The translations under genes were made by a program, and so were the position numbers. This document shows, one piece after another, positions 20,930 to 31,693 of a stretch of 64,000 nucleotides of DNA (position 1 is the first letter of the stretch; each line of letters starts with the position of its first letter). The notes below the pieces were generated by a model. The model ran no database searches and was not told where the DNA came from. It was given only the letters and a program-made list of their open reading frames with translations. The stretch is from NCBI GenBank assembly GCA_903856085.1, contig CAIOAT010000013.1, positions 295,430 through 359,429 of the forward strand. The letters are read 5' to 3'. This DNA comes from Candidatus Omnitrophota bacterium. GTDB taxonomy: Bacteria > Omnitrophota > Omnitrophia > Omnitrophales > Aquincolibacteriaceae.

Positions 20930-21002
20930 TTTCCCTTCAAGGCGGAAGGTGTGCGGAGTTCGGCAAAAAAACTTTCGCACGCGCAACGCTACACATCAAG
21001 TT

Positions 21003-21040
21003 AAAGCCCCGGTCTTTTAGTTAAGACCGGGGCTTTTTTT
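21003..21040. terminator. Rho-independent terminator after sodB, possibly bidirectional
   Basis: AAAGCCCCGGTCTT-loop-AAGACCGGGGC followed by a T-tract, between convergent genes. Confidence 0.85.
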
Positions 21041-21075
21041 AGATCTTCGCCGCACGCACGACTCTGTACGCCGTA

Positions 21076-21567
21076 CTAATTAAGCATCGATTGCATTCTT
21101 GAAATGGCTTTTTCGGCTAGCGAATACTCGGGATTCTGCTCCAGGGCATGGCGATAGGCCTCCAACGCCTGAGTCCAATCCCCCATGTGTTCCCAGACAC
21201 GCCCTAAATTATACCAAGCGTAAAATTTTCCGTCATATCGTTCCGCCGCAGTCGCTTTTTCAAGCCAGGGAATCGCTTCTTCCCATCTTCCTGTTTCGAT
21301 CATATACGCTCCGATATCATTGTAAGGATTTCCATATTCCGGATCCAGCCGAACAGCTTTCTCGCATTCCCGAATCGCGTCTCCGTACCGGCCCTTGACG
21401 CTATACGCCCATCCCAGGCAGGTGTGCGCCTCAGGAGTAGGCTGTGCAGCGATGGAATTCAGGTAAAGAGCGATCGCTTCATCGACCTTTCCGGCCATCT
21501 GTTGGTCGTAAGCCTCCTGAAGAAACTTTGCAGCATCTTCATCTTTATTCAAATGAAACTCACTCAT
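21076..21567 (-). CDS. TPR repeat protein
   Basis: About four TPR units (AHTCLGWAY, PYNDIG, AWYNLG). Confidence 0.88.
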   Translation of the reverse strand: MSEFHLNKDEDAAKFLQEAYDQQMAGKVDEAIALYLNSIAAQPTPEAHTCLGWAYSVKGRYGDAIRECEKAVRLDPEYGNPYNDIGAYMIETGRWEEAIPWLEKATAAERYDGKFYAWYNLGRVWEHMGDWTQALEAYRHALEQNPEYSLAEKAISRMQSMLN

Positions 21568-21628
21568 GGCTTCATACCGCCTTATTCTGGAAACTGTGAG
21601 TAAAGGCTCGAAATGGCATTCTCCGGCT

Positions 21629-22237
21629 CTATGAAGATTTCATGAACGGATTCGTGCGTCGCTCATGTTCGATCGTGGAAGAATCCGCATCCCCATAAGC
21701 ATGGCCAGGGAAAACTTTAAGCGCCCCATCCAGCGACGCAAGGCGTTTGAGGCTCTGCATGAGTTTCTTTTCATCGCCGCCCGGAAGATCGCAACGGCCG
21801 CAGGCTCCCACAAAAAGCGTGTCGCCTGTGATGATCTTATCACCAAACAAAATACACTGCGCTCCTTCCGTATGGCCCGGCGTGTGGAGAAAAGTCATTT
21901 CCACATCCCCGATCTTAAGCGTGGAACCTTCTTTTGTTTCCACAAGATGCTCTTTGCTCTCCTTCAGATACTTCGCCTCGTTCTCATGAACATAGACCTT
22001 CACCCCGGTCTTTTGGATCAGTCCTTCAACGCCGTTGCAATGGTCAAAGTGTGTATGCGTGAGGATCCCCGCCACGACCTTCATGCCGTCTTTCTCAGCT
22101 TTCTTGAGAACTGCATCCACGTCCCAAGCCGGATCCACCATCACGCATTCTTTTTTATTGCTATCACCGAGCAGATAGACAAAATTCCCCATATAGCCCA
22201 CGGGGATCTGCCTGAAATACAGGTTCTTGCTATCCAC
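21629..22237 (-). CDS. MBL-fold hydrolase (glyoxalase II-like)
   Basis: THTHFDH, HTPGHT, TGDTLF, PGH. Confidence 0.9.
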   Translation of the reverse strand: MDSKNLYFRQIPVGYMGNFVYLLGDSNKKECVMVDPAWDVDAVLKKAEKDGMKVVAGILTHTHFDHCNGVEGLIQKTGVKVYVHENEAKYLKESKEHLVETKEGSTLKIGDVEMTFLHTPGHTEGAQCILFGDKIITGDTLFVGACGRCDLPGGDEKKLMQSLKRLASLDGALKVFPGHAYGDADSSTIEHERRTNPFMKSS

Positions 22238-22724
22238 AGCAACAACAACCCTTGTTCTTTGTGCTCTCGTAATAGATCACCTCAAGCGTTGGATTTTCTT
22301 GAAGCGGAAGCCGCTTTTTTTCAGTGAAAAATGGCGGGATCTCCGGGTAAAGGACATCCCCGACGTAATCGGCGTGAATACGTGTCAGATAGATCGCGTC
22401 CACGCGATCGATCGTGGTCCGGTAAAGCTCGGCCCCTCCAATGATAAAGGCATGCTCGGTTTTAACGCTCTTCAAAGCCTCATCCAGGGAAGCAAAAAAT
22501 GTCTGGCCCGGATACGGCTTTTGGCCGCTCCGGTCCAGGATCAGATTGACCCGGCCGGGTAAGGCCTTGCATCCTAGACTTTCAAATGTCTTTAAACCCA
22601 TGATCACGGTTTGCCCGAGAGTCGTCACCTTGAAATGCTGCAGATCTTTAGAAAAATGCCAGGGAAGCTTGTTTCCATTTCCGATGACGCGATGATTGGC
22701 TACTGCAACAATGTGATAGAGCAT
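22230..22724 (-). CDS. folA: Dihydrofolate reductase
   Basis: VIG.GNKLPW, DLQHFK, IMG.KTFES, LPGR, IIGGAELY; adjacent to thyA. Confidence 0.93.
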   Translation of the reverse strand: MLYHIVAVANHRVIGNGNKLPWHFSKDLQHFKVTTLGQTVIMGLKTFESLGCKALPGRVNLILDRSGQKPYPGQTFFASLDEALKSVKTEHAFIIGGAELYRTTIDRVDAIYLTRIHADYVGDVLYPEIPPFFTEKKRLPLQENPTLEVIYYESTKNKGCCCCG

Positions 22725-22818
22725 GATGGTATGGATTCTCCTTTTTTATGCTATGTTGACCTGGCAAATATACGGCCCGCGCTTTCCCGCCGAATTTCTC
22801 ACATCATACGCTGCACGT

Positions 22819-23613
22819 CTAAACAGCAACCGACGCTTTGATCGCCGGGTGCGGGTTGTAATTTTCGAGTGTAAAATCTTCATATTTGAAATCGAAAATG
22901 CTTTTGACCGCGGGATTAAGTTTCATTTGCGGGAGCGCGCGCGGTTCCCGCGAAAGCTGCAACTCCACCTGCTCTCGATGGTTCAGATAAATATGCACAT
23001 CCCCAAAGGTGTGAATGAATTCTCCGGGTTGAAGACCCGTCACTTGCGCCATCATCAGGGTCAGAAGTGCATAGGAAGCGATATTAAACGGCACTCCCAG
23101 AAAAACGTCGGCACTTCGCTGATAAAGCTGGCAGGAAAGTTTTCCCTTCAGCACATAGAACTGGAAAAACGCGTGGCAAGGCGGCAAAGCCATCTTTTCG
23201 ATCTCGCCGGCATTCCACGCACTCACAATGATCCGGCGACTATCGGGCGTTTTTTCAATCATTTCAACCGCCTGGGCGATCTGATCCACCACGGTGCCAT
23301 CCGGACGCTTCCACGCACGCCATTGAGCACCATAAACCGGTCCCAGGTCGCCTTTCGCGTCTGCCCACTCATCCCAGATCGTCACACCGTGGTCCGTCAG
23401 GAACTTAATATTCGTATCGCCGCCAAGCAACCAAAGAAGTTCATAGATCACGGCCTTGGTATAGACCTTTTTGGTGGTAAGGAGAGGAAATCCTTCGGCG
23501 AGGTCAAAGCGCATTTGATAACCGAAGGTGCTGATCGTCCCAACGCCGGTGCGATCCTTCTTTTCAGTGCCATGATCGAGGATATGGTTTAAAAGATCCA
23601 GATATGGCTTCAC
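22819..23613 (-). CDS. thyA: Thymidylate synthase
   Basis: [36 protein letters not shown]. Confidence 0.97.
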   Translation of the reverse strand: MKPYLDLLNHILDHGTEKKDRTGVGTISTFGYQMRFDLAEGFPLLTTKKVYTKAVIYELLWLLGGDTNIKFLTDHGVTIWDEWADAKGDLGPVYGAQWRAWKRPDGTVVDQIAQAVEMIEKTPDSRRIIVSAWNAGEIEKMALPPCHAFFQFYVLKGKLSCQLYQRSADVFLGVPFNIASYALLTLMMAQVTGLQPGEFIHTFGDVHIYLNHREQVELQLSREPRALPQMKLNPAVKSIFDFKYEDFTLENYNPHPAIKASVAV

Positions 23614-24695
23614 GAAGCTTGTCCCTCGCTTTCCAATAGACTCGCGTTGATGTCTTGGGGCAAGTCCTTCTTGGGCTTTACGGCAGGCGAAACGTCTTTT
23701 AGAAAATGAATATCATCGACATTCAGGTCGTCAAAAAAAGAGCTCTTAAGGGCGAAAGCCGCTGGCTCCCCGGAACGCTTCACATAAAAAAGTTCTCCTT
23801 TGTCATCCTTCGAGCCCACAGTAAGAAGCTTTTTCTTACCGTTTTCGGTCACGGCTAGCTGCCAAACAGGTTTCTCAAAACCATACCCCTTCCCGCCAAG
23901 ATCCACGACCTTCTCGGCCCGGACACTGTTCATCACGACGATGAATTTCAGAACCTTATCAGGGTCAAGAGGAGAGGACATGTTTTTGCGCAGAAATTTC
24001 CAGGAATTTTTGAGCGGATCCTTGGGATCGGTCACGCGCTCCAATCCTGCGACCATAGTTTTTTCATCTCCCTTGAGAAGATAGACGGTGATCTTTGTTA
24101 CTTTCTCAGGATCCAAATTGAAAAGGCTGAGATCCGCCCAAAAAAGACTCGTCGGTGACGCGTCATGGAGATCCGTATGGATCCCCAAAAGCTCTGCCAT
24201 GTTCATGTCCACAAGATAGATATTTTCACTTGTGGCTTTACGGATGAAATAGGAATCCTCACCGGCCTGTTTCGTCCCAAGCCGAAGATCTTGGAGCAAA
24301 GTATTCCCGGCGCCAAAAAGCTTGATCGAAAAGGCATCCGCATCTTGAATGCCAAAATCCGCAAAAAAACTCTTCCCCGAAGTGCGCAGCTCTCCTCGGG
24401 ACGCGAGAAGCCCTTGAATGAACTTTTCCACCTTCGCAGGATTCGCCTTGGCATTCCAAAGACTTTTCACCTTCCAATCGCCATTTTCGTTGGCAAGTTC
24501 TACGGCCGGTGATTGACTGCCACAACCGATCAGTATCCTTTCAAGTTTCGCCGGATCGAATTCCACAAGCGCCACGCGTTCGTTTCGTGCGGAACCTGCA
24601 TTATCGCTCGCAGAACGAACCCAGAATTTCAAAAAGATCCCCAGCGCGAGGACCGCAAGAATAGCGCCTAAGATCATGATCTGTTTTTTTGTCAT
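23610..24695 (-). CDS. DUF4340-like periplasmic accessory protein of a Gld-type ABC system
   Basis: N-terminal TM, two internally similar halves (W...D..KV..F...FG/YG...L.G...Y), last gene of the ABC cluster. Confidence 0.7.
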   Translation of the reverse strand: MTKKQIMILGAILAVLALGIFLKFWVRSASDNAGSARNERVALVEFDPAKLERILIGCGSQSPAVELANENGDWKVKSLWNAKANPAKVEKFIQGLLASRGELRTSGKSFFADFGIQDADAFSIKLFGAGNTLLQDLRLGTKQAGEDSYFIRKATSENIYLVDMNMAELLGIHTDLHDASPTSLFWADLSLFNLDPEKVTKITVYLLKGDEKTMVAGLERVTDPKDPLKNSWKFLRKNMSSPLDPDKVLKFIVVMNSVRAEKVVDLGGKGYGFEKPVWQLAVTENGKKKLLTVGSKDDKGELFYVKRSGEPAAFALKSSFFDDLNVDDIHFLKDVSPAVKPKKDLPQDINASLLESEGQAS

Positions 24696-24738
24696 AGGAC
24701 CTGAGCCCGTTCAAAACCCGGGCGTTCATTGAGTGATT

Positions 24739-27240
24739 CTAAGAGATGGCTAGGTTTTTGAGATATTGCTGTTTCGCACGCCGGCGCATGTAGGCGCGCC
24801 CAAATCCGAGCAGGGCGACAACCACGGGCATCAAGAACACTATAAAAAGCCTCCATGCTACTTTTGCGGGAGCCGAGACCTTGGGAAGCGCGCGGCCCAC
24901 CTGTCCTTTCGAGCGGATCCCGATCAGCGCATCTCCCAGAGTTAAGACATCCATAGCGTTTAAGAAAAAATTCAGGTGCCCGCCATTTTGCATAAGTTGT
25001 TTTTGGAAAGGCGTCGCGGCACCGATCAGGAGGAGTTTTCCGGGCTTTGTCTGAAGAGGGGCGGGCGTTTTTTCTTTTTTTATTTCTTCCGCAGGATGAG
25101 GCGTTGCTGCATCGGCGGCCGCCTCCGGAGCCCATTTTGGAATTTTCTTATTTTTGAACGCGTCCGCAAATTGCCCTTCCGCCAGCACCGCCAGCGGGAA
25201 CGGTCCAGGAACGCTCGTCGCAACGTGTTCCAGTCCTTGGGTCATCATGCTCCCCGACTTGAACGGCACAGTCCAGGAACGCTTGCTGGAATGAAGCAAG
25301 GTCTGCACTTTGAGCCCCTGTGCTTTAACCTTCTCCGGGTCGATCTTCAGAGCACTGCCCCAGAGATAAAAGAACGCCGATAGACGCGACGTGATCGAAA
25401 CTCCGGTGTTCATTTCCGCATCCGTCAGCAGGATCTGGATCGGAAGTTTGACCGGGACAGAGACATCTGAAAGACCGCCACCGGCTGAAAGCGTGATCGC
25501 TTCGCTCTGCTCATCGGCCAGAACGCTTGTTTCTACCTGGAATCCCCACACAGAAAGCAAATCGTTCACGCCGGGATCTTTCTCACTTGGCACAAGCGTG
25601 ATCGCCCCCATGCCCTCGGGCTTGTAATTGAACTCGTAATTCTGCACGGCCATGAGCACAGAACCGCCCTGGCATAGAAAACGGTCGATCTCGTATTTCT
25701 GCCGTTCGCTCAAGTTCCCCGGCTGAACCACCGCAAGCGTCTTCGTCCCTTCCGGAATCCCGGACTTCTCACTTAAAGAAATGCGCTTCACGGGATAGCC
25801 TTCTCCTTCAAGTCCTAGTTGTAAATACTCATAGGGATCGTCGCGATAGCTTGGAGGAACCTGGCCGCCGAGCTGCTGAAGGAGCATCATGAGATTGGGA
25901 TCGACCGATCGCTCGGTATAAGGTGCCATCAGTGCAACCTTCGGGACCTCCGGAAGAGTCATGCGGTAAAGCTTGGAGATGATCGCATACTCCAGATCAT
26001 CCAAATTCCCCGAATGGATCTGCGGCAGGACTTCCTCGGGTTTTTCCTTGTAAGAGATCGTAAGCCCGGAATAGACGAGACGAACACCCATTTCATCCGA
26101 TTGGATGGATTCGACCTGAAAAGGCTGGAGACCTTTTTTGGCAAGTTGCTCTTCCATCGTGTCCTTCTTTTGAGTGCCCTCCACCGCGGTCGCAGCATCC
26201 ATGTGGAGAACCTGGTACTGAAAATGGCCTTCGGATACGGCGCGTAGTTCTTCCAGCTTATCGCGCGCGTCCTGTTCCAGCGTCTTCATGGAAGTCGGCA
26301 TTTTGTCCGCAGAAGAAATATAGAATTTTATGGTCACAGGAGACGGAAGGCTCCTCAGGATCTTTCGGGTCGCCGGAGAGATCGTGTAGGTTTGGCCCTC
26401 ACTCATATCGAAACGGCCGAGAGGAACCCCGGCCACAAGCCAATTACTCAGAAGAAAGATCCCGGCCGAGATCAGGGCTGCGGTCGCAAAGATCGAGGTG
26501 GCTTTCGGACGCATCCGTCCTTCGATCCAAAACCCATTCAGCACAAGTGCCACCGCACTGCCGACCCCGAAATAAAGAACATCGCGATTATCGATCACGC
26601 CCTTTGCGAACGTGCTGTAGTGATCCGCGGCACCGAGAAAATGCCGGAGAAAGGTCCCGAACCCCGCCACCCACCCATCGATAGAAGAAGCCACGAATTC
26701 GGTACCCGTAAGAAAAAGCCCGAAGCAGATCATCATGGAGAGGATGAACGCGACGATCTGATCACGAAAAAACCCCGACACAAGCGTTCCAATCGCAAGA
26801 AAGAACCCGCCCAGGAATGCCGCGCCGATATAGCCACTCAGGATCGCACCAAGATCCGGCCGCCCGAGCACGGCTAACATCACAGGAATCGGAAATGTGC
26901 AGGCAAGCGTGATCAGGTAGAAAAGGAAGCTTGCGAAGAATTTTCCGAGCACTAGTTCATGCGCCTGCATGGGGAAGGTCAAAAGCAACTCCTGCGTGTT
27001 CCCGCGTTTCTCCTCGGCCCAAAGGCGCATGGAAACTGCCGGCAAAAAAACCGAGAGGAAGAATGGGAGCGTATAAAAGAAAGCTCGCATATCCACGCGC
27101 CCGACCAGAAAGAATTGCGTCATAAAAAGCCCGCCGTTCAGGAGCGTAAAGATGATCATGAAAATATAAGCGATGGGAGAATTAAAATAAGCCGCCAGCT
27201 CTCTGCTTAAAATGATGCGAAGATTGGCGCACTTTTTCAT
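24739..27240 (-). CDS. GldF-GldG-like fused ABC permease/auxiliary protein
   Basis: RELAAYFNSPIAY, MRLWAEEKRGNTQELLLT, LVLGKF; then DMSEGQTYTISPATRKIL and GPFPLAV. Confidence 0.85.
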   Translation of the reverse strand: MKKCANLRIILSRELAAYFNSPIAYIFMIIFTLLNGGLFMTQFFLVGRVDMRAFFYTLPFFLSVFLPAVSMRLWAEEKRGNTQELLLTFPMQAHELVLGKFFASFLFYLITLACTFPIPVMLAVLGRPDLGAILSGYIGAAFLGGFFLAIGTLVSGFFRDQIVAFILSMMICFGLFLTGTEFVASSIDGWVAGFGTFLRHFLGAADHYSTFAKGVIDNRDVLYFGVGSAVALVLNGFWIEGRMRPKATSIFATAALISAGIFLLSNWLVAGVPLGRFDMSEGQTYTISPATRKILRSLPSPVTIKFYISSADKMPTSMKTLEQDARDKLEELRAVSEGHFQYQVLHMDAATAVEGTQKKDTMEEQLAKKGLQPFQVESIQSDEMGVRLVYSGLTISYKEKPEEVLPQIHSGNLDDLEYAIISKLYRMTLPEVPKVALMAPYTERSVDPNLMMLLQQLGGQVPPSYRDDPYEYLQLGLEGEGYPVKRISLSEKSGIPEGTKTLAVVQPGNLSERQKYEIDRFLCQGGSVLMAVQNYEFNYKPEGMGAITLVPSEKDPGVNDLLSVWGFQVETSVLADEQSEAITLSAGGGLSDVSVPVKLPIQILLTDAEMNTGVSITSRLSAFFYLWGSALKIDPEKVKAQGLKVQTLLHSSKRSWTVPFKSGSMMTQGLEHVATSVPGPFPLAVLAEGQFADAFKNKKIPKWAPEAAADAATPHPAEEIKKEKTPAPLQTKPGKLLLIGAATPFQKQLMQNGGHLNFFLNAMDVLTLGDALIGIRSKGQVGRALPKVSAPAKVAWRLFIVFLMPVVVALLGFGRAYMRRRAKQQYLKNLAIS

Positions 27241-27989
27241 ACGGCCACCCGCTGCGAGGGCATGAGCAACTGGATAAAGATCTCTTCCAGGCTCAGATCC
27301 CGCGCCGCTTTGCCGGAGTTTTGGACTTTCTCCGCCAGCTCTTGCTTCGTTCCCTGCGCCACAAGCTTCCCTTCATTGATGATCACGATGCGGTCGGCAA
27401 GGGCTTCTACTTCCTGGAGAATGTGCGTGGAAAAAATAATGGTCTTTTCCTTGGCGAGACTTTTCACGAGAGAACGGATCTCGATAATCTGGATCGGATC
27501 CAACCCCGAAGTGGGTTCATCCAGGATCAGAACCTTGGGATCATGGATCAAAGCCTGCGCAATCCCAACCCTCTGACCATACCCCTTGGAGAGTTCACAT
27601 AAAAGATGTTTCCACGCGCTCTTAAGATGACAGGTGTTTTTAACCCATTCAATCCGTTCCGCAAGCTTGGCTCCTTCCAGTGCGCGAGCCTTGCCTACGA
27701 ACGTCAGATATTCATCAACCCGCATATCCCCGTAAAGCGGAACCGTCTCGGGCAAATATCCAATGCGTTTGCGAACCTCGATAGGATTTTCCAGGATATC
27801 GAACCCATCGACTTTTGCGGTACCGGAGGAAGGAAAAAGATAGGTCGTGAGAATCCTCATGGCGGTCGTCTTTCCCGCTCCGTTGGGGCCGAGAAGGCCC
27901 AGCACTTCGCCCGGATTCGCCTGAAAGGAAACATGATCCAGCGCAGTCGCCGGGCCATAACGCATCGAGAGGGATTGAACGTCGATCAT
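27237..27989 (-). CDS. ABC transporter ATP-binding protein (GldA-like)
   Basis: GPNGAGKTT, LSKG, ILDEPTSGLD, STH. Confidence 0.93.
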   Translation of the reverse strand: MIDVQSLSMRYGPATALDHVSFQANPGEVLGLLGPNGAGKTTAMRILTTYLFPSSGTAKVDGFDILENPIEVRKRIGYLPETVPLYGDMRVDEYLTFVGKARALEGAKLAERIEWVKNTCHLKSAWKHLLCELSKGYGQRVGIAQALIHDPKVLILDEPTSGLDPIQIIEIRSLVKSLAKEKTIIFSTHILQEVEALADRIVIINEGKLVAQGTKQELAEKVQNSGKAARDLSLEEIFIQLLMPSQRVAV

Positions 27990-27996
27990 TTTTTCT

Positions 27997-28031
27997 CCGT
28001 ACGCCGTACGCCGTACAGAGTACCGCGTGAC
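27997..28031. repeat. 7-bp tandem repeat of the CCGTACG type, intergenic
   Basis: ccgtacg ccgtacg ccgtaca gagtacc gcgtgac. Confidence 0.75.
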
Positions 28032-28067
28032 AGCTGATAAAGCATAACGATCCGAGCCTTCTTTTTA

Positions 28068-28754
28068 CTAACGTCTGCGGCCAAAAATCTGCAGCAAGAA
28101 CAAGAACATATTAATGAAATCCAAATAGAGCATCAAAGCGCCAACGATCGCGAGTTGCTCCGGTGCGTTCTCCATATTTTGATGGATGGCCTTAAGCCTC
28201 TGCGTGTCATAAGCTGTAAGCCCGATAAAAACTGCAACGCCGCAGTAAGAAATGATCCAGGAAAAAACAGGCGAGTGAAAAAACCAGTTCGCCAAGCTCG
28301 CGACGATCACTCCGATAAGCGCCATAAAACAGAAACTCCCCACCGATGTCAGATCTTGCTTAGTCACCCAGCCGTATACGCTTACTCCCGCGAACGTCAT
28401 CGCCGTAATGAAAAAAGTTGAGGAAATCGAGGCGGAAGTGTAAATGAGGAAAATGCCCGACATCGTGATGCCGTTTAGCACGGAATAGGTCAGGAATCCA
28501 AGGGTCGCCGCCTGAACCGAGATCTTCTGCAAGCTCCGCGTAAGCCATATGACTAAAACAAACTCTGAAATGAAGAAAAGCCACATGCCGCCATGCAAAA
28601 GAAAGCGCAGAAGCGATGCATTGCCGATCGTAATGAAAGCTGCAAGACCGGTAAGCGCGAGCCCCATAGCCATCCACTGATATACCCGCTGCATAAAATT
28701 AGAAAAAACGGCATCCTGGGAATAGGAAAACGGCTTATTATCTTGCTGGTTCAT
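28068..28754 (-). CDS. Bax inhibitor-1/YccA family membrane protein
   Basis: Seven TM helices, TAYDTQRLK, ALMLYLDFINMFL. Confidence 0.92.
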   Translation of the reverse strand: MNQQDNKPFSYSQDAVFSNFMQRVYQWMAMGLALTGLAAFITIGNASLLRFLLHGGMWLFFISEFVLVIWLTRSLQKISVQAATLGFLTYSVLNGITMSGIFLIYTSASISSTFFITAMTFAGVSVYGWVTKQDLTSVGSFCFMALIGVIVASLANWFFHSPVFSWIISYCGVAVFIGLTAYDTQRLKAIHQNMENAPEQLAIVGALMLYLDFINMFLFLLQIFGRRR

Positions 28755-28864
28755 AGAGCACCCCTCCTGGTTAAATCTTGCACAAAAACATTCTAACCGA
28801 AAATCGAACTTCCCTCAAGAATCGGAACTACAGACTAGGAAAAATAAATCTCGCGGCTCTCGCC

Positions 28865-29263
28865 TCAAATCGTTGACGCGGTCGGAGGAGGCATCTCCGC
28901 GGGTACGACCGGCATCAGAAATTCTTTTATCTTTCTCGCCGGTCTTGCGACGATTGCCTTGTCGCCTCTTTCCACGATGGGACGCTGCAGAAGATCGGGA
29001 TAGATCGCCAAAAGATCCAGCCACTGCCCCTCAGTGAGTTGCTTTTCCCCGAGCCGAAGATCCCCAAAAAGCTGGTCTTTTTTACGGATCAATTCCTCGA
29101 CCGGCAGACCTAGTTTCTGAATGAGATCCTTGAGCTTCGCCTTGGGGATCGGATCGGTAAAATAATCCACCGCATCAAAATCCACGTTCGCTTCTTTCAG
29201 GATCTGATACACCTCTTTGCAGGTACTGCAGGTCGGTTTTTGATAAATGGTGATATCGGCCAT
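28865..29263 (-). CDS. ArsC/Spx family protein
   Basis: IYQKPTCSTCK, LLQRPIV, VARP. Confidence 0.85.
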   Translation of the reverse strand: MADITIYQKPTCSTCKEVYQILKEANVDFDAVDYFTDPIPKAKLKDLIQKLGLPVEELIRKKDQLFGDLRLGEKQLTEGQWLDLLAIYPDLLQRPIVERGDKAIVARPARKIKEFLMPVVPAEMPPPTASTI

Positions 29264-29282
29264 AAAAAATCCTTCTCCGAGT

Positions 29283-29789
29283 TTACATTTTTAGAAAATA
29301 CAGTCCTACATAAACCTTCGGATCCACAAGGAATCCCTTTTTTTCCATCTCATAAAGCCAAAGGTCCGCTTCTTTAAGCGGTATTTCGTGAACCTTGATG
29401 GATTCCGTAGCGTCTCCGCCGCCGGGCCCAATTTTAACTACATCCAAAGCCTGATAGAAGGTGATGCTTTCGGAACTCAAACCGCTTGAGATAGGCCCTT
29501 CCACCAAAAGCGATAAATGCCCCGCTTCATAGCCGGTCTCTTCCAAAAGCTCTCGGCGGGCCGCCTCTTCCATCGTCTCGGGATCAGGCAACGTCTTGTC
29601 ATTGACGAGCCCCGCGGGCCATTCGATCACTTGGGCTTCAACGGGCCTTCGGAACTGTTCGACAAAAATAACCTTGTGCTCTTTATTCATCGGAACAATG
29701 ACCACGATGCCGCTGCAATTGACCCGTTTGACGTACTCCCAATTATCTTCGCAGATCAGATGGAGATATTTGCCTTTATGCAGGATCAT
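29283..29789 (-). CDS. NUDIX hydrolase (ADP-ribose pyrophosphatase-like)
   Basis: QFRRP, EWPAGL, AARRELLEETG. Confidence 0.9.
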   Translation of the reverse strand: MILHKGKYLHLICEDNWEYVKRVNCSGIVVIVPMNKEHKVIFVEQFRRPVEAQVIEWPAGLVNDKTLPDPETMEEAARRELLEETGYEAGHLSLLVEGPISSGLSSESITFYQALDVVKIGPGGGDATESIKVHEIPLKEADLWLYEMEKKGFLVDPKVYVGLYFLKM

Positions 29790-29872
29790 TTTTGCTCCAT
29801 GAGAACTGTCACACTATTGATTTTAAGGATTCACAGCGCTTGACCGTTCACTCGTAAAAGCAAAAAACGGTG

Positions 29873-31636
29873 CTAGAAACCAGCGGCTTCTCCGCTCGCA
29901 CGAGGATCGCTTTCGCCCTCTATTCTACCAGAACCCTCATCAAAACAAACCATTTGCGCAACCCCGATCGGGTCTTTTTTTTCGATATCATGCCCCCAAA
30001 GATCGAGCTTTAAACGTATCATCTCCTGATCATAAAGTCTGGACTCCATGTGAAGAGCTCTGTCCTGGACTAAAAGCCTCGGAGATTCCACCGCTCCGGA
30101 GCAGGACGCCCCCAAATCGATCTTCTGGACCATCACATTTAAAAGAACGGCCGCTGGATCGTCCGGGCCATAAGCATTCAACAAAAGAGAAGGCTTCCCG
30201 TTTTTGAAAATGAACGTGGGTGCTTCCGGTCCGCGAGGTCTTTGCCCTCCGGAGATCAGCGCCCATGATTGGGGAGCCTTAACAAGCGATGGGTCCGGGG
30301 TGAAATCAGTCAGCAGATCGTTTAAGAAAAAACCGTAGCCCGGCACCCTCAGTGCCGAGCCGAACGCGTCCCCAAGCGTCGTCGCAAGAACCGCAATATT
30401 TCCCTGAGGATCCACGATCAAGACAGAAGACCCCGTGCGCTTCTTTCCTCTTTCTGGCCCCGCCACCTTCATCTCATCAGACTTCAAGGCCTGATCAAAT
30501 TTAATGACACTCGCCCGGTCTTGCGCCCATGCTGCCGAAAGAAGTTCTTTGAGCGGAACATCAAAAAGATCGGGATCGGCCACGCCTGAGCGATTTGAAA
30601 AAGCGATCTTCTGCGCTTCTCCGAGAAGATGGTACGTCTCCGGAGCCTGCCCAAAACCGGGAATGCCGAAATGGGAAAGAAGATTGAGCCCGCGAGACAA
30701 CATCACGCCTCCGTCTGCCGGAGGTCCCGCGCTGAAAAGGTCGTATCCTTGATAGGTGATATGAATGGGACCTCGCTCTGCGATCGTATAATTTTCAAGA
30801 TCCCTCTCGCCCAACAGACCCGCTCTATAGGAATTTTTGTGCACGGCACGCGTCATCGCCTTTGCAATCGAACCTTTATAAAAAGCCGCTGTTCCCTTGC
30901 TCTGGATCAGACGAAACATCTGGGCAAGTTCAGGCTGGGAGAATTTTTGCCCTTCTTCAAGAGGAACGCTGTTCTTGAAAAACACCGTTCTCTTTGAATC
31001 CAAAAGCGCCAGCCTTTTTGCATTCTCACGAAGCGCCTTGGCAAGCGCTGCGGAGACTTCCGTTCCGCCTTCGGCAAGACGCTCCGCCGGACCCATAAGT
31101 TTCGCAAAAGGAAATTTATGCGTTCCGTATTTCGCATGAACTTCTTCGACTAATTTCAGCAGTCCCGGAACACCGACCGGAAGTCCCCCCGTATTCCGTT
31201 CCGGCTGATAAGGAAGAGGCTTTCCGTTTTCATCAAGGAACATCTTCGGAAGAATTTTCGCGGGGGCCTTGACGCTTCCATCGAAGGAAAGAATACGCCG
31301 TGTGCCGATATCATAAAAAAGGAGGAGGCCGCCGCCCCCGATCCCGGAAGCCTGCGGTTCGACCACATTGAGCACCCACTCGGCAGTTACGGCCGCGTCC
31401 ACCGCATTCCCGCCTTGTTTCAATACTTCTAAAGCGGCTCGCGTCGCGCGGGAGTCCGACGTCACCACCATGGCTTTTTCGCCCGTAGCGGCCTGGAGCG
31501 GGGTAGAAAAAAGAGTCGCGAAGAGAAGAACGAGTACGGCGAAAGGAATACGACGTACGGTGCTCTCTAGAGAGGAAAACTTTTCACAATCCGCGGTACG
31601 CCGTGCACGGTACGCCGTACCCAGGAGGGTCTTCAT
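29873..31636 (-). CDS. Gamma-glutamyltransferase homolog with degenerate catalytic motifs
   Basis: GGNAVDAA, VVEPQASGIGGG, VGVPG, FGS...GFFLND; see findings for the active site. Confidence 0.85.
   Translation of the reverse strand: MKTLLGTAYRARRTADCEKFSSLESTVRRIPFAVLVLLFATLFSTPLQAATGEKAMVVTSDSRATRAALEVLKQGGNAVDAAVTAEWVLNVVEPQASGIGGGGLLLFYDIGTRRILSFDGSVKAPAKILPKMFLDENGKPLPYQPERNTGGLPVGVPGLLKLVEEVHAKYGTHKFPFAKLMGPAERLAEGGTEVSAALAKALRENAKRLALLDSKRTVFFKNSVPLEEGQKFSQPELAQMFRLIQSKGTAAFYKGSIAKAMTRAVHKNSYRAGLLGERDLENYTIAERGPIHITYQGYDLFSAGPPADGGVMLSRGLNLLSHFGIPGFGQAPETYHLLGEAQKIAFSNRSGVADPDLFDVPLKELLSAAWAQDRASVIKFDQALKSDEMKVAGPERGKKRTGSSVLIVDPQGNIAVLATTLGDAFGSALRVPGYGFFLNDLLTDFTPDPSLVKAPQSWALISGGQRPRGPEAPTFIFKNGKPSLLLNAYGPDDPAAVLLNVMVQKIDLGASCSGAVESPRLLVQDRALHMESRLYDQEMIRLKLDLWGHDIEKKDPIGVAQMVCFDEGSGRIEGESDPRASGEAAGF
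31533..31621. repeat. Inverted pair of degenerate 7-bp repeat tracts in the 5' end of the GGT-like gene
   Basis: agtacgg cgaaagg aatacga cgtacgg ... cggtacg ccgtgca cggtacg ccgtacc. Confidence 0.65.
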
Positions 31637-31693
31637 TGCGGAAATATTCTCCGATCAGGAAAAACGCGGTTTTCACAACTTACGTAAGGGAGA

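Noticed and set aside
23610-27989. Gld-like ABC operon as evidence of gliding motility or as the exporter of the giant protein
   Set aside because: GldA/F/G-like ABC sets are widespread in non-gliding bacteria, and nothing links this one to the giant gene 11 kb away
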